From an uncultured Prevotella sp. (lineage in GTDB: Bacteria; Bacteroidota; Bacteroidia; Bacteroidales; Bacteroidaceae): a stretch of 64,000 nt of DNA. The position numbers were made by a program, and so were the translations under genes. The notes under the pieces were generated by a model. It searched no databases and was not told the DNA's origin. It saw only the letters and a list, made by a program, of their open reading frames with translations. Of this stretch, positions 49,329 to 60,551 are shown one piece after another (position 1 is the stretch's first letter; every line of letters starts with the position of its first letter). The stretch lies in contig CAMNDT010000005.1 of assembly GCA_946535705.1 (NCBI GenBank), positions 6,616 to 70,615 on the forward strand. Reading direction: 5' to 3'.

Positions 49329-49455
49329 TGCAGTAAACAGCCTAAAAACCTATTTCGTTGGAAAGCTAAGAGTTATCCTCACCAACTATCCCGACACGCA
49401 GGTTATGTGCAGTCGCAAACGAACACCACTGCTCAAAGAATGGCTCAACAGATAA
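49312..49455 (+). pseudogene. C-terminal remnant of a LytTR-family response regulator
   Basis: LLISIDAVNSLKTYFVGKLRVILTNYPDTQVMCSRKRTPLLKEWLNR*; receiver domain absent. Confidence 0.7.
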
Positions 49456-49474
49456 ATTACAAAACAGGAATAAA

Positions 49475-50218
49475 ATGACGCAAATATGGATATGTGCCGC
49501 AGGACTATGCGGAGCAACATTAATTGGAGCACTATTGGGATTCCTCATCAAGGAATTGCCACACAAATGGAATGACACCGTACTTGGCTACTGTGCAGGA
49601 ATAATGCTGGCAGCAGCCACGCTCGGACTTATAGTACCAGCCTTCAACATGACCACTATATCTTCGTGCTGGATAGTTGTTGCTGGAGTAATGGCAGGAG
49701 CACTCTTCCTCAACGTGCTGGACTTGATAACCCCACATCTGCATCACATCACAGGACTTGATCAGGAGGAACATCGTAACAACAAAACACTCAACCACAT
49801 CCTACTCTTTGTTATGGCAATTGCCATACACAAAATGCCAGAAGGAATGGCAGCAGGTGTGAGTATGAGCACAATAGAAACAAACTGGTCAGTAAGCCTC
49901 GGAATAGCCCTGCAGAACGTTCCAGAAGGAATGGTTATTATAGCGCCACTACTCATGGCAGGAGTCACTCCACTACGCACCCTCATAATATCACTTGTCA
50001 TTGGAATGTTAGAAGTTGTCGGCGTGTGGGTTGGTTTTGCAATGGGAACAGCCTCCGAAACTATGTTGCCAGTTATGTTAGGCTTCGCAGGTGGAGCAAT
50101 GCTATATGTAACAAGCGACGAGATGATTCCAGAAACCCACGCTCATGGCTATCAGAAACAAGCAACCTATGCCTTACTACTCGGATTTATTACCTTGATA
50201 CTCATGGAAAAAATATAA
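49475..50218 (+). CDS. ZIP family divalent metal transporter
   Basis: His-rich loop, AIHKMPEGMA, LQNVPEG, EMIPETH. Confidence 0.9.
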   Translation: MTQIWICAAGLCGATLIGALLGFLIKELPHKWNDTVLGYCAGIMLAAATLGLIVPAFNMTTISSCWIVVAGVMAGALFLNVLDLITPHLHHITGLDQEEHRNNKTLNHILLFVMAIAIHKMPEGMAAGVSMSTIETNWSVSLGIALQNVPEGMVIIAPLLMAGVTPLRTLIISLVIGMLEVVGVWVGFAMGTASETMLPVMLGFAGGAMLYVTSDEMIPETHAHGYQKQATYALLLGFITLILMEKI

Positions 50219-50370
50219 GAAAATAAAAACTATAGCGTTTAGCTGACACAAGTATTATACTTATCTATTAAATACATAATAGTTATAACACATAAATATG
50301 CTATAAACTTCATTTGCTCACAACAATATCAATATATACGGATTATAGAGACAATATAGGGGAATAATAC

Positions 50371-50412
50371 AAAAAAAAAGACTTCAACGAAAAAATCGCT
50401 GAAGTCTTTTTT
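50371..50412. terminator. bidirectional terminator after atpG
   Basis: A9-GACTTCA(A)CGA-aaaaa-TCG(C)TGAAGTC-T6. Confidence 0.85.
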
Positions 50413-50427
50413 ATATGATAATGATTG

Positions 50428-51399
50428 CTATTCCTGAGCACCTCCTGCAAGATCGAGGAGTTCGTTTGTGATTGCAGCCTGGCGGCTCTTGTTGTATTCA
50501 AGATTGAGTGTTCGCAAGAGTTCGTCGGCATTATCGGTAGCTGTTTGCATAGCAACCATCCGGGCTGCATGCTCAGAAGCGATACTGTCGAGAAGTGCAG
50601 TATAAACCATCAGTCTTAACAATTTTGGAACAAGAGAATTCAAAACAGTGTTAAGATCTGGCTCAACAATAAAATCGTCGTTGAGCATAACTCCTTTAAC
50701 ACCATTCTTTTTCTCAGCCTCTTCCTGTTTGCGACGCAGGTATTCTTGTGCTTTGGCTGTAGCAACATTACTTGTGAGGTCACGGTCGTTGTCCTGTCCA
50801 ATAGTTTCTGTAGAAAGATCTATTGGGAGCAGAGTCTTACGAGTAAGAATCTGCGAACCAGCACTCTTGAAGTGATGATAGATAAGCTCTACCTTTGAGA
50901 GTTTGCCTGCAAGAAATTGTTCACCAAGTTCATGAGCAATCTGGCGACAGCCTTCAGCATTTGGTTTATCAGCAAGTTCTGCAAAAGAACCAGCTACAGT
51001 AAATCCTTCCTTGCGAGCCTTCTCTTCAACTTTTCTTCCAACAGGATAAATAACAATATCGTCGATACCCTGAGCCTTGTATTCAGCAACTATCTCGAGC
51101 ATCATCTTAATAGTGTTGTTATTAAATCCGCCACAAAGCGAACTATTGGAAGTATATACAACCAAGGCTACACGCTGAGACTTTCCATGCACACTCTCGT
51201 AAGGACTATTGGTTTCTGGAGTAGAAATCAAAAAGCTCTTGAGGATATGTTCCAACAGATTTTCGTATGGCAACATATTCTGTATGGCAGTCTGGGCATG
51301 ATGAAGTTTCGATGACGCCACCATTTTCATAGCACTCGTAATTTTACGTGTGCTATTAACAGAAGCTATTCGAGTCTTTATCTCTTTTAATGAAGCCAT
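50428..51399 (-). CDS. atpG: ATP synthase F1 gamma
   Basis: KITSAMKMVA, SEHAARMVAM, RQAAITNEL. Confidence 0.96.
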   Translation of the reverse strand: MASLKEIKTRIASVNSTRKITSAMKMVASSKLHHAQTAIQNMLPYENLLEHILKSFLISTPETNSPYESVHGKSQRVALVVYTSNSSLCGGFNNNTIKMMLEIVAEYKAQGIDDIVIYPVGRKVEEKARKEGFTVAGSFAELADKPNAEGCRQIAHELGEQFLAGKLSKVELIYHHFKSAGSQILTRKTLLPIDLSTETIGQDNDRDLTSNVATAKAQEYLRRKQEEAEKKNGVKGVMLNDDFIVEPDLNTVLNSLVPKLLRLMVYTALLDSIASEHAARMVAMQTATDNADELLRTLNLEYNKSRQAAITNELLDLAGGAQE

Positions 51400-51412
51400 A
51401 ATAATTAATTTA

Positions 51413-51455
51413 GAATGTAGAACCAACGGTCACTGACCTAAGTGGTTCAACATTC
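51413..51455 (-). repeat. hairpin cassette with GGTCA-N-TGACC core between atpA and atpG
   Basis: Sense strand GAATGTTGAACCA-CTTA-GGTCAGTGACC-GT-TGGTTCTACATTC; core shared with 8887-8907. Confidence 0.7.
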
Positions 51456-51467
51456 ATCGTTCAAAAT

Positions 51468-53042
51468 TTACGCGAAGCACTGCTTTGCACATTCCTTAAT
51501 GCATTGTTCGGTCTCCTCGGTGAGCTTGCCGCTGGCAAGGGTATCAAGGATGTCTTGATGCTGTGTGCGCATAACTTCAAGGAACTGATCCTGACGCTTA
51601 CGCACCTCGGTAACAGGAACTGCATGCATGAGTCCGTTGACACCACAATACAAAATGGCAATCTGCTCGCCCACTGGCATTGGAGAATACTGTGGCTGAA
51701 TGAGCAACTGATTATTCTTTCTACCACGGTCGAGTGTCATTGCAGTCACAGCATCCATATCGCTGGCAAATTTAGAGAAACTCTCAAGCTCACGATACTG
51801 TGCCATATCTATCTTAAGTGTACCTGCTACTTTCTTCATACTCTTTACCTGAGCAGAACCACCTACACGAGATACAGAGATACCCACATTGATAGCAGGA
51901 CGGAATCCCTGATTGAAGAGATTACTCTCAAGATATATCTGACCGTCGGTGATTGAAATCACATTAGTAGGAATATAAGCTGACACATCGCCTGCCTGAG
52001 TTTCGATGATTGGAAGGGCAGTTAGAGAACCTCCACCCTTTACAAAAGGTTTCATGCTCTCAGGAAGGTCATTCATCTGCTCAGCTATTTCCTGCTGATC
52101 ATTTATACGTGCTGCACGCTCCAACAAACGAGAGTGGAGATAGAACACATCACCAGGATAGGCTTCACGACCTGAAGGACGACGCAAGATAAGCGACACT
52201 TCACGATATGCAACAGCCTGCTTTGAAAGGTCATCGTAAACAACAAGGGCATGATAACCACGATCGCGGAAATATTCGCCTATGGCAGCACCTGCAAATG
52301 GTGCATAATACTGCATAGCAGCAGGATCGGCAGCCGTAGCACTTACCACAATGGTATATGGCATTGCACCATGATCTTCAAGAGTCTGTACCAAAGAAGC
52401 TACAGTAGAAGCTTTCTGACCTATAGCAACATATATACAATAAACAGGCTTGCCTGCCTCGTAGTTTCCTTTCTGATTGATGATTGTATCAACTGCAACA
52501 GCAGTCTTACCTGTCTGACGGTCACCAATGATAAGCTCACGCTGTCCACGACCAATAGGAATCATTGAGTCAACAGCCTTAAGACCTGTCTGCAGTGGTT
52601 CCTTTACTGGCTGACGGTAGATAACTCCAGGAGCCTTACGGTCAAGTGGCATCTCTATAGCATCGGTAAGATTGATTTCGCCTTTACCATCAATAGCCTG
52701 CCCAATAGGATTGACAACACGACCAAGGAAATTGTCATTCACACGGATAGACGCTATTCGATGGGTGCGTTTCACTTTCTGGCCTTCCTTGATGCCCGCT
52801 GTAGAACCCATGATGACACAACCCACGTTATCTTCCTCAAGGTTCATGACAATAGCCATAGTGCCATTTTCAAACTCAAGGAGCTCGGAAGCTTCAACAT
52901 TGCGCAAGCCATACACGTGTGCCACACCATCGGCAACAGTAAGCACGGTACCTACCTCGTCGAACTGAGTCGCATCGTTGATGCCCTGAAGTTCTCGCTG
53001 AAGAACCTCAGACACTTCGCTTGGTTTTATTTTTTCTGACAT
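51468..53042 (-). CDS. atpA: ATP synthase F1 alpha
   Basis: [28 protein letters not shown]. Confidence 0.97.
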   Translation of the reverse strand: MSEKIKPSEVSEVLQRELQGINDATQFDEVGTVLTVADGVAHVYGLRNVEASELLEFENGTMAIVMNLEEDNVGCVIMGSTAGIKEGQKVKRTHRIASIRVNDNFLGRVVNPIGQAIDGKGEINLTDAIEMPLDRKAPGVIYRQPVKEPLQTGLKAVDSMIPIGRGQRELIIGDRQTGKTAVAVDTIINQKGNYEAGKPVYCIYVAIGQKASTVASLVQTLEDHGAMPYTIVVSATAADPAAMQYYAPFAGAAIGEYFRDRGYHALVVYDDLSKQAVAYREVSLILRRPSGREAYPGDVFYLHSRLLERAARINDQQEIAEQMNDLPESMKPFVKGGGSLTALPIIETQAGDVSAYIPTNVISITDGQIYLESNLFNQGFRPAINVGISVSRVGGSAQVKSMKKVAGTLKIDMAQYRELESFSKFASDMDAVTAMTLDRGRKNNQLLIQPQYSPMPVGEQIAILYCGVNGLMHAVPVTEVRKRQDQFLEVMRTQHQDILDTLASGKLTEETEQCIKECAKQCFA

Positions 53043-53049
53043 ATTATTT

Positions 53050-53583
53050 TCATTTAAGTTCACTAAGGATGTTGTTCAAGCGTGTCTTAACGCTTGCATC
53101 CATCCTGTAAGTATCATACTCAAGGATAAAGCCTCCAATGATAGATGGATCGACCTCTGTGTTGAATTCAACAGTTCCCTGAGTTCTACTTTCCACCATC
53201 TGCTTCATCTTCTGCTCAGTGGCTTCAGACACAGCAGCGGCAGTAGTTAGTTTACCACGGATGATATTCTTCTGCTCCCTGTAGAAAGTGATATATGAAT
53301 TAGCCATGAATTGCAAAACTTTTTCCCTACCCTCTTTCAACACAAGCTCTATGAAACGCTTGCTCAACTCGTTGGCATCGGGGCCAAGTGCAGTAGTGAG
53401 CAAACGCACTTTCTCTGAGCGCAGGAGCATAGGGTTTTCTATCGTAGCACGCAAATCGGCAACCTCAACATAACAAGCAGCAAGCATTATCATGTCGGCA
53501 TATACCTTTTCTTCTACTTTAAGCTCAGTAGCACTCTTCAGGAGAGCACGGGCATATCGTACCGATATTACACCATAATCCAT
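53050..53583 (-). CDS. atpH: ATP synthase F1 delta
   Basis: [18 protein letters not shown]. Confidence 0.93.
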   Translation of the reverse strand: MDYGVISVRYARALLKSATELKVEEKVYADMIMLAACYVEVADLRATIENPMLLRSEKVRLLTTALGPDANELSKRFIELVLKEGREKVLQFMANSYITFYREQKNIIRGKLTTAAAVSEATEQKMKQMVESRTQGTVEFNTEVDPSIIGGFILEYDTYRMDASVKTRLNNILSELK

Positions 53584-53589
53584 AAGCTT

Positions 53590-54096
53590 TTATTCTTTCT
53601 TGTCGTCAGAAGAAACTTCATCCAGCAGTCGATTTACCAAATCCATCTGCTTAGCATCAGTAGAGAGGTTCTCGCGCAGAATTTTCTCTGCAATCTGAAC
53701 ACTCAGTTCAACAACCTGAGAACGAATGTCACGAATGGCATTCTGTTTCTCGGTTTCAATCTGAGCCTTAGCCTCGTTGACGATGCGTGCACCTTCTTCA
53801 CGAGCTTTGTTCTGAGCCTTCTCTACTATTGCATCACGAGTTTCGGCAGCCTCTTTCAAGATGGTTGCCTGTTTCTCGCGAGCTTCCTGCAGCATGGATT
53901 CACTCTCTTTCTGAATATTAGCAAGTCGCTCGTTGGCTTCATGCGCCTTCTTGATACTCTCATCGATAAAAGCCTTACGCTCGTTCACCATCTTGACAAT
54001 AGAAGGGAAACCCCATTTCCACAAGATGAGGAACACGATGAGGAAGACGATGGTCATCCAAAAAAGCAGACCGCTTTCAGGCATTAATAAATCCAT
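53590..54096 (-). CDS. atpF: ATP synthase F0 b
   Basis: N-terminal TM then charged coiled coil. Confidence 0.93.
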   Translation of the reverse strand: MDLLMPESGLLFWMTIVFLIVFLILWKWGFPSIVKMVNERKAFIDESIKKAHEANERLANIQKESESMLQEAREKQATILKEAAETRDAIVEKAQNKAREEGARIVNEAKAQIETEKQNAIRDIRSQVVELSVQIAEKILRENLSTDAKQMDLVNRLLDEVSSDDKKE

Positions 54097-54141
54097 TCGC
54101 GCTGGTTTAAGTTAAATTCTATGTGAAATCTCACTCTATAA

Positions 54142-54396
<255 letters not shown>

Positions 54397-54426
54397 TTAA
54401 ATTATTATTGTTTTGTTCTTTTACAT

Positions 54427-55512
54427 TTATTCGTGTTCTTTTACATGTGCCTGAGAGATGAACACAGCACTCAACATGGTAAATACCAAAGCTTGAATAT
54501 AGCTTACAAGAATCTCGAGAAGCATCATGAAGATGCTAAGGGAAACTGATATTACCGACATACCAGAACCAGCAACATTGTTCACGACATCGCTGGTGGT
54601 GAGATGGAACATGATGAATATCATACCAGCAAAAGCAAGTGCTATGGCATGACCAGCCATCATATTGGCAAAAAGTCGGATGATAAGAGCAAGTGGCTTG
54701 GTAAAAATACCAAACAACTCTATAACAGGCATCAAAGGTACAGGAACCTTCAGCCATGTTGGAACATCACCCCAGAAAATCTCCTTCCAGTAGTCACGTG
54801 TTCCGGTAAGATTGGTAACAAGGAATGTAGCCACACCAAAGAAACATGTGCAAGCAATATTACCAGTGAGATTACCACCACCAGGAGGGAATGGCACTAT
54901 ACCCATGATATTGGCTGTGAAGATGAAAAAGAAGCATGTGAGAAGATAAGGCGCATATTTATCTGCCTCATCACCCATAACTGGCTTAATAACATCATCA
55001 TACACCGACATGATAAACATGTGCATCAACCCTACGAAACCAGAAGGAGCAGCATCATCAACCTTGTGTTTGCGACACCAACGAGCTGGTATGAGAACGC
55101 AAAGCAATAGAATGAATGCATCTATAAAGAGCACACATACTGTCTTGGTGATAGAAAGGTCTAAGGGACGGATTTCATCATTACCAACTTTCTCAACAAT
55201 CTTGGAAGGATACTTCTCGTCTTTTGCACTCTTAATATAGAGTCCATAAGGTCCTGGGCGATTGCCTAGTGCATCTGGTTCTTCGGAGAACTCGCTACTG
55301 CAGAACACATGCCATCCTGTGGAACTTTTCACAATTATCGGCAAATGAAACACGATAGGTGTCTTACCAATATTTGTGACATGCCACTCATAAGAATCCT
55401 TGATATGTCCCCACAATATCTCCTTCATATCAATACTCTTCTTCTCTGCAAAGCCTGGTATGGCAGAGAGAATAAGGAGAAGCATGAGAAGATATTTCTT
55501 TATATGTTTCAT
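54427..55512 (-). CDS. atpB: ATP synthase F0 a
   Basis: IRLFANMMAGH, YIQALVF; Bacteroidetes-type N-terminal extension. Confidence 0.95.
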   Translation of the reverse strand: MKHIKKYLLMLLLILSAIPGFAEKKSIDMKEILWGHIKDSYEWHVTNIGKTPIVFHLPIIVKSSTGWHVFCSSEFSEEPDALGNRPGPYGLYIKSAKDEKYPSKIVEKVGNDEIRPLDLSITKTVCVLFIDAFILLLCVLIPARWCRKHKVDDAAPSGFVGLMHMFIMSVYDDVIKPVMGDEADKYAPYLLTCFFFIFTANIMGIVPFPPGGGNLTGNIACTCFFGVATFLVTNLTGTRDYWKEIFWGDVPTWLKVPVPLMPVIELFGIFTKPLALIIRLFANMMAGHAIALAFAGMIFIMFHLTTSDVVNNVAGSGMSVISVSLSIFMMLLEILVSYIQALVFTMLSAVFISQAHVKEHE

Positions 55513-55515
55513 ACC

Positions 55516-55941
55516 TTAATTATTACGTTTTTGTTTCTGTTTCTCTACAAAGGAGAAGAACATTGTTTCAAACATAAGCGAACTAATATAGAACAATGCG
55601 AAAGTGATGACAAAGCCAAGCATCACATTTTTTCTATCATAAAGAACAAACATGCCGGCAATAACTACAATAAGAGCAAGCAACATTCGGATAGTGCCAC
55701 ATGCCATATAATAGCGCCCCATGATGTTTGGCGAATGAAGAGCTATTGCCCGCCATGCCATGATAGAGAAACGGTTCACAACCAGTTGATATACGCTGCA
55801 GAAACCTACACTATAGATGTGGTCGGTGAGATCTCCTAAATGCACCAGAAGGAAACCAATAAGTGACATTCCACATACTATCCATAACGAAATCAATTGA
55901 TAACGCTTTACAATACGCTTGATTCGTTGTTCTCTATCCAT
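55516..55941 (-). CDS. 4-TM membrane protein in atp operon (AtpI-like position)
   Basis: Four hydrophobic helices, immediately before atpB. Confidence 0.7.
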   Translation of the reverse strand: MDREQRIKRIVKRYQLISLWIVCGMSLIGFLLVHLGDLTDHIYSVGFCSVYQLVVNRFSIMAWRAIALHSPNIMGRYYMACGTIRMLLALIVVIAGMFVLYDRKNVMLGFVITFALFYISSLMFETMFFSFVEKQKQKRNN

Positions 55942-55965
55942 TTACGCCTTATTCTATTTATTAGA

Positions 55966-56205
55966 TTATACTTCTACACACACAGAAACCTCATTGCGCT
56001 TTACTTGTACAAAGCCTCCGAGAATATCTATGCGCTGTTCACCTTCTTTTGTTTTATATTTCACACACCCCTTCTCAAGACTTGAAATTATTGGCGCATG
56101 ATCAACGAGAATCTCAAACTCTCCTAATGTACCAGGAACAGTTACGCTTTCGACCTCGCCATGGTAAACCACCTTTTCTGTTGAAACTATCTTTAGTACT
56201 AACAT
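55966..56205 (-). CDS. atpC: ATP synthase F1 epsilon (N-terminal domain only)
   Basis: GEFEILVDHAPIIS, GGFVQV; 79 aa. Confidence 0.93.
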   Translation of the reverse strand: MLVLKIVSTEKVVYHGEVESVTVPGTLGEFEILVDHAPIISSLEKGCVKYKTKEGEQRIDILGGFVQVKRNEVSVCVEV

Positions 56206-56215
56206 AATTGTTAAT

Positions 56216-56347
56216 GTGGAATTACGAATTACAAATTACGAATTGGTCGCCCTTTGGCGATGAAAATTTATATAATTACAAATTCCTAATTCCAAACTCG
56301 TAACTCGCAATCAAATTAATTTCTAATTACAAACTCGTAACTCGTAA
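56216..56347 (-). repeat. heptamer-armed hairpin cassette between atpD and atpC
   Basis: Sense strand: TTACGAG repeats from the atpD stop, TCGCC-aaag-GGCGA hairpin, then AATTCGT repeats. Confidence 0.85.
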
Positions 56348-57880
<1,533 letters not shown>

Positions 57881-57926
57881 CTATAGTTTTTAAATTATTA
57901 TGATTCAGTAATATTTGATTACCTAA

Positions 57927-57934
57927 CAAAAGTA
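57927..57934 (-). promoter_or_regulatory. -7 promoter box of atp operon
   Basis: TACTTTTG on minus, 50 nt upstream of atpD. Confidence 0.55.
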
Positions 57935-58044
57935 GGCATTTAATTTCTAAACGCCAAAATTTCTTTCATAATGACGTTCTTTTAAGGTGTATTTTTTACT
58001 AAATTTAATAGTATAATCAATTTATACGCAAGGCTTTTTAACGA

Positions 58045-59022
58045 TTATATGCTCAATTCATCGAGCACTTTTATAAGCTTGCGATCAAATGGTTTGTCGG
58101 AACGAATAGCCTCTGACATTGGTACATATACTACCTCATTGTTTCTCACACCAACCATAACGTTGCGCTGCCCCTGCATGATAGCCTCTATTGCGCCACA
58201 ACCTGTTCGGCTGGCAAGTATGCGGTCGCGTGCTGTTGGACGACCTCCTCGCTGTAGATGTCCAAGGATAGACACACGCACATCAAACTCGGGGAACTCT
58301 TTCTTTACTCGGTCAGCATAATAAAGAGCACCACACTTAGGACTTTCAGAAACAATAACTATACAACTCTTCTTTGATTTACGAATACCACGTTCCATGA
58401 ACTGAGCCAACTGGTCAACATCTGTGCTGTCTTCAGGGATGATAGCTGCCTCTGCTCCACTTGCGATAGCCGAATTCTGAGCAAGGAAACCTGCATCACG
58501 TCCCATCACTTCAACAAAGAATATGCGCTCATGGCTTTGGGCTGTATCACGAATACGGTCTACACAATCCATGATTGTATTCATTGTGGTGTCGTAACCT
58601 ATAGTGTTGTCTGTTCCATAGAGGTCATTATCAATTGTTCCAGGAAGACCTATACAGCACACGTCATAGTCTCTACCAAACTGCATAGCACCTGTTAGCG
58701 AACCATTACCACCGATAACAATAAGAGCATCAATACCATTAGCCTGCATATTTGCATAAGCCTTGTCACGTCCCTCCTGAGTCATAAACTCTTTAGAACG
58801 GGCAGTTTTCAATATGGTACCGCCTGTACCAATGATTCCACTTACGTTCTCTGTGGTAAAATCTTTTATCTCATTATTGATCAATCCGTCATATCCACGA
58901 TAAATAGCCTTGATATTAAAGCCATTGTAGATTCCTGAACGAGTAACTGCACGAATAGCAGCATTCATACCAGGAGCATCACCTCCTGAAGTGAGAATAC
59001 CTATTGTCTTAATTCTACCCAT
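58045..59022 (-). CDS. pfkA: ATP-dependent 6-phosphofructokinase
   Basis: [30 protein letters not shown]. Confidence 0.95.
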   Translation of the reverse strand: MGRIKTIGILTSGGDAPGMNAAIRAVTRSGIYNGFNIKAIYRGYDGLINNEIKDFTTENVSGIIGTGGTILKTARSKEFMTQEGRDKAYANMQANGIDALIVIGGNGSLTGAMQFGRDYDVCCIGLPGTIDNDLYGTDNTIGYDTTMNTIMDCVDRIRDTAQSHERIFFVEVMGRDAGFLAQNSAIASGAEAAIIPEDSTDVDQLAQFMERGIRKSKKSCIVIVSESPKCGALYYADRVKKEFPEFDVRVSILGHLQRGGRPTARDRILASRTGCGAIEAIMQGQRNVMVGVRNNEVVYVPMSEAIRSDKPFDRKLIKVLDELSI

Positions 59023-59069
59023 AATATTTGTTCTTTTACCTAATATTTGTAGTTATATTGAAAGTGTTT

Positions 59070-60422
59070 TTATATCATCGCAAAAGCTACAAGTGTCACA
59101 AAGCCAAGCATACCACCACAAAGGGCACGCCAACCGATATTGCGGAAATACCATCCTACGTGCATACGCTCCATCTTTAGAAGAGCAATACCCGACATGC
59201 TACCGATAGCCAGTACATTACTGCCAACCATAACACAATATGCTATAACCTTATAGTATATATCACCTGTAGCACAGGTTTGTTTCAAGTTGAAGAAACT
59301 TATAGCTGTAGCAAAACTATCCAGAATAGTAGAAAGCAATCCTGCCAAAATTCCCCATAACCACGAATCGTGAATATATATCGAGGCATTTTCCCACAGC
59401 CATTCCAAAGCACCTGTTTCCTGAACCACTCCAACAGCAAACATCATGCCCATAACATAAAGCATCATCTGGATAACGCCATACTGCATCACGCGCAACT
59501 CACGTCTTTGAAGCATCTGATCATTGTTGAAGAGTTTACGGTTTATTATCTCGTTTACTATCCACAAAACTGCCAACACACAGAAAGCGCCAAGGAATGG
59601 ACTCAACTTTGTAATATCATGCAATGTTGGTATTAGCCACAAACCTCCTAAACCAACAAAGAGCATCAGCAAGCGCTGCCACACATTTAGATTGGTGTCG
59701 TCGCCTCTATATGGCATCACTATCCACTCTGTATCAAGTCTGTCGGGAAGCATTCTTTGCAGCAGCAATACCGACACAACACAGGTTGTCACGCATGGAA
59801 CAAGGAGAGTTGCAGAAAGATTACTTGCTGTGACAGCACCCATATTCCACAGTACAAGATTCTCGGGATTACCGATAACCGTTAGTGTACCGCCTGCAGT
59901 TGCAGCAATGAGAATAGCCGAGCCAAGAATCATCCTTTGTCGTCGACTTGGAATGATGCCGTGCATGATGGTTAACATCATCACTGTTGTGGTAAGGTTG
60001 TCGAGATTAATAGAAACAAGGAAAGTAATGATAACAAGTGTCCAAAGCATACGCTTTGAGTTTCGTGTTTTCAGTATTTGGGTTATGAAATCAAAACAGC
60101 CATTATTATACAGCACTTCAACAATAGTCATTGTGGCTAAAAGAAAAAGCACAACCTCAGAGGCTTTACCCACATAGGGCAGAAAAATGCTCTTAGCAAT
60201 ATATTGCTTTACAGCGGTTGATGTTGCCACTGCTCCCTGCAGGAAGTTAAAATAGCCAGAAGGGTGTTGACTCATCACAAAATCAGTTCCCCAACAAATG
60301 TAGAGAACCCATCCCACGGTACCAGCGAATACGGCAACAGCTGCCTTGTTTATATTCGTTAGCCGCTCTGTTGCGATAAGTAGAAAACTTAATAATAAAA
60401 TAGCGACTATAATAAGTGTCAT
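59070..60422 (-). CDS. NhaD/IT-superfamily Na+/H+ antiporter-like membrane protein
   Basis: NINKAAVA, LFLLATMTIVE, LDNLTTT, IGSMSGIALL. Confidence 0.8.
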   Translation of the reverse strand: MTLIIVAILLLSFLLIATERLTNINKAAVAVFAGTVGWVLYICWGTDFVMSQHPSGYFNFLQGAVATSTAVKQYIAKSIFLPYVGKASEVVLFLLATMTIVEVLYNNGCFDFITQILKTRNSKRMLWTLVIITFLVSINLDNLTTTVMMLTIMHGIIPSRRQRMILGSAILIAATAGGTLTVIGNPENLVLWNMGAVTASNLSATLLVPCVTTCVVSVLLLQRMLPDRLDTEWIVMPYRGDDTNLNVWQRLLMLFVGLGGLWLIPTLHDITKLSPFLGAFCVLAVLWIVNEIINRKLFNNDQMLQRRELRVMQYGVIQMMLYVMGMMFAVGVVQETGALEWLWENASIYIHDSWLWGILAGLLSTILDSFATAISFFNLKQTCATGDIYYKVIAYCVMVGSNVLAIGSMSGIALLKMERMHVGWYFRNIGWRALCGGMLGFVTLVAFAMI

Positions 60423-60551
60423 AAAGCGGAATTTCTTTTTCTTCCACCGCAAAGTTAACAATTATTTTTTAACAAACAAATTTCATTGATGAATTTTATA
60501 CGACCTTGCATTCTTTTTATTACCTTTGCAGCTGAAATAAGTATTAGCAGT

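Noticed and set aside
55966-56205. atpC as a truncated pseudogene
   Set aside because: Short epsilon subunits are typical of Bacteroidetes and the frame is intact.
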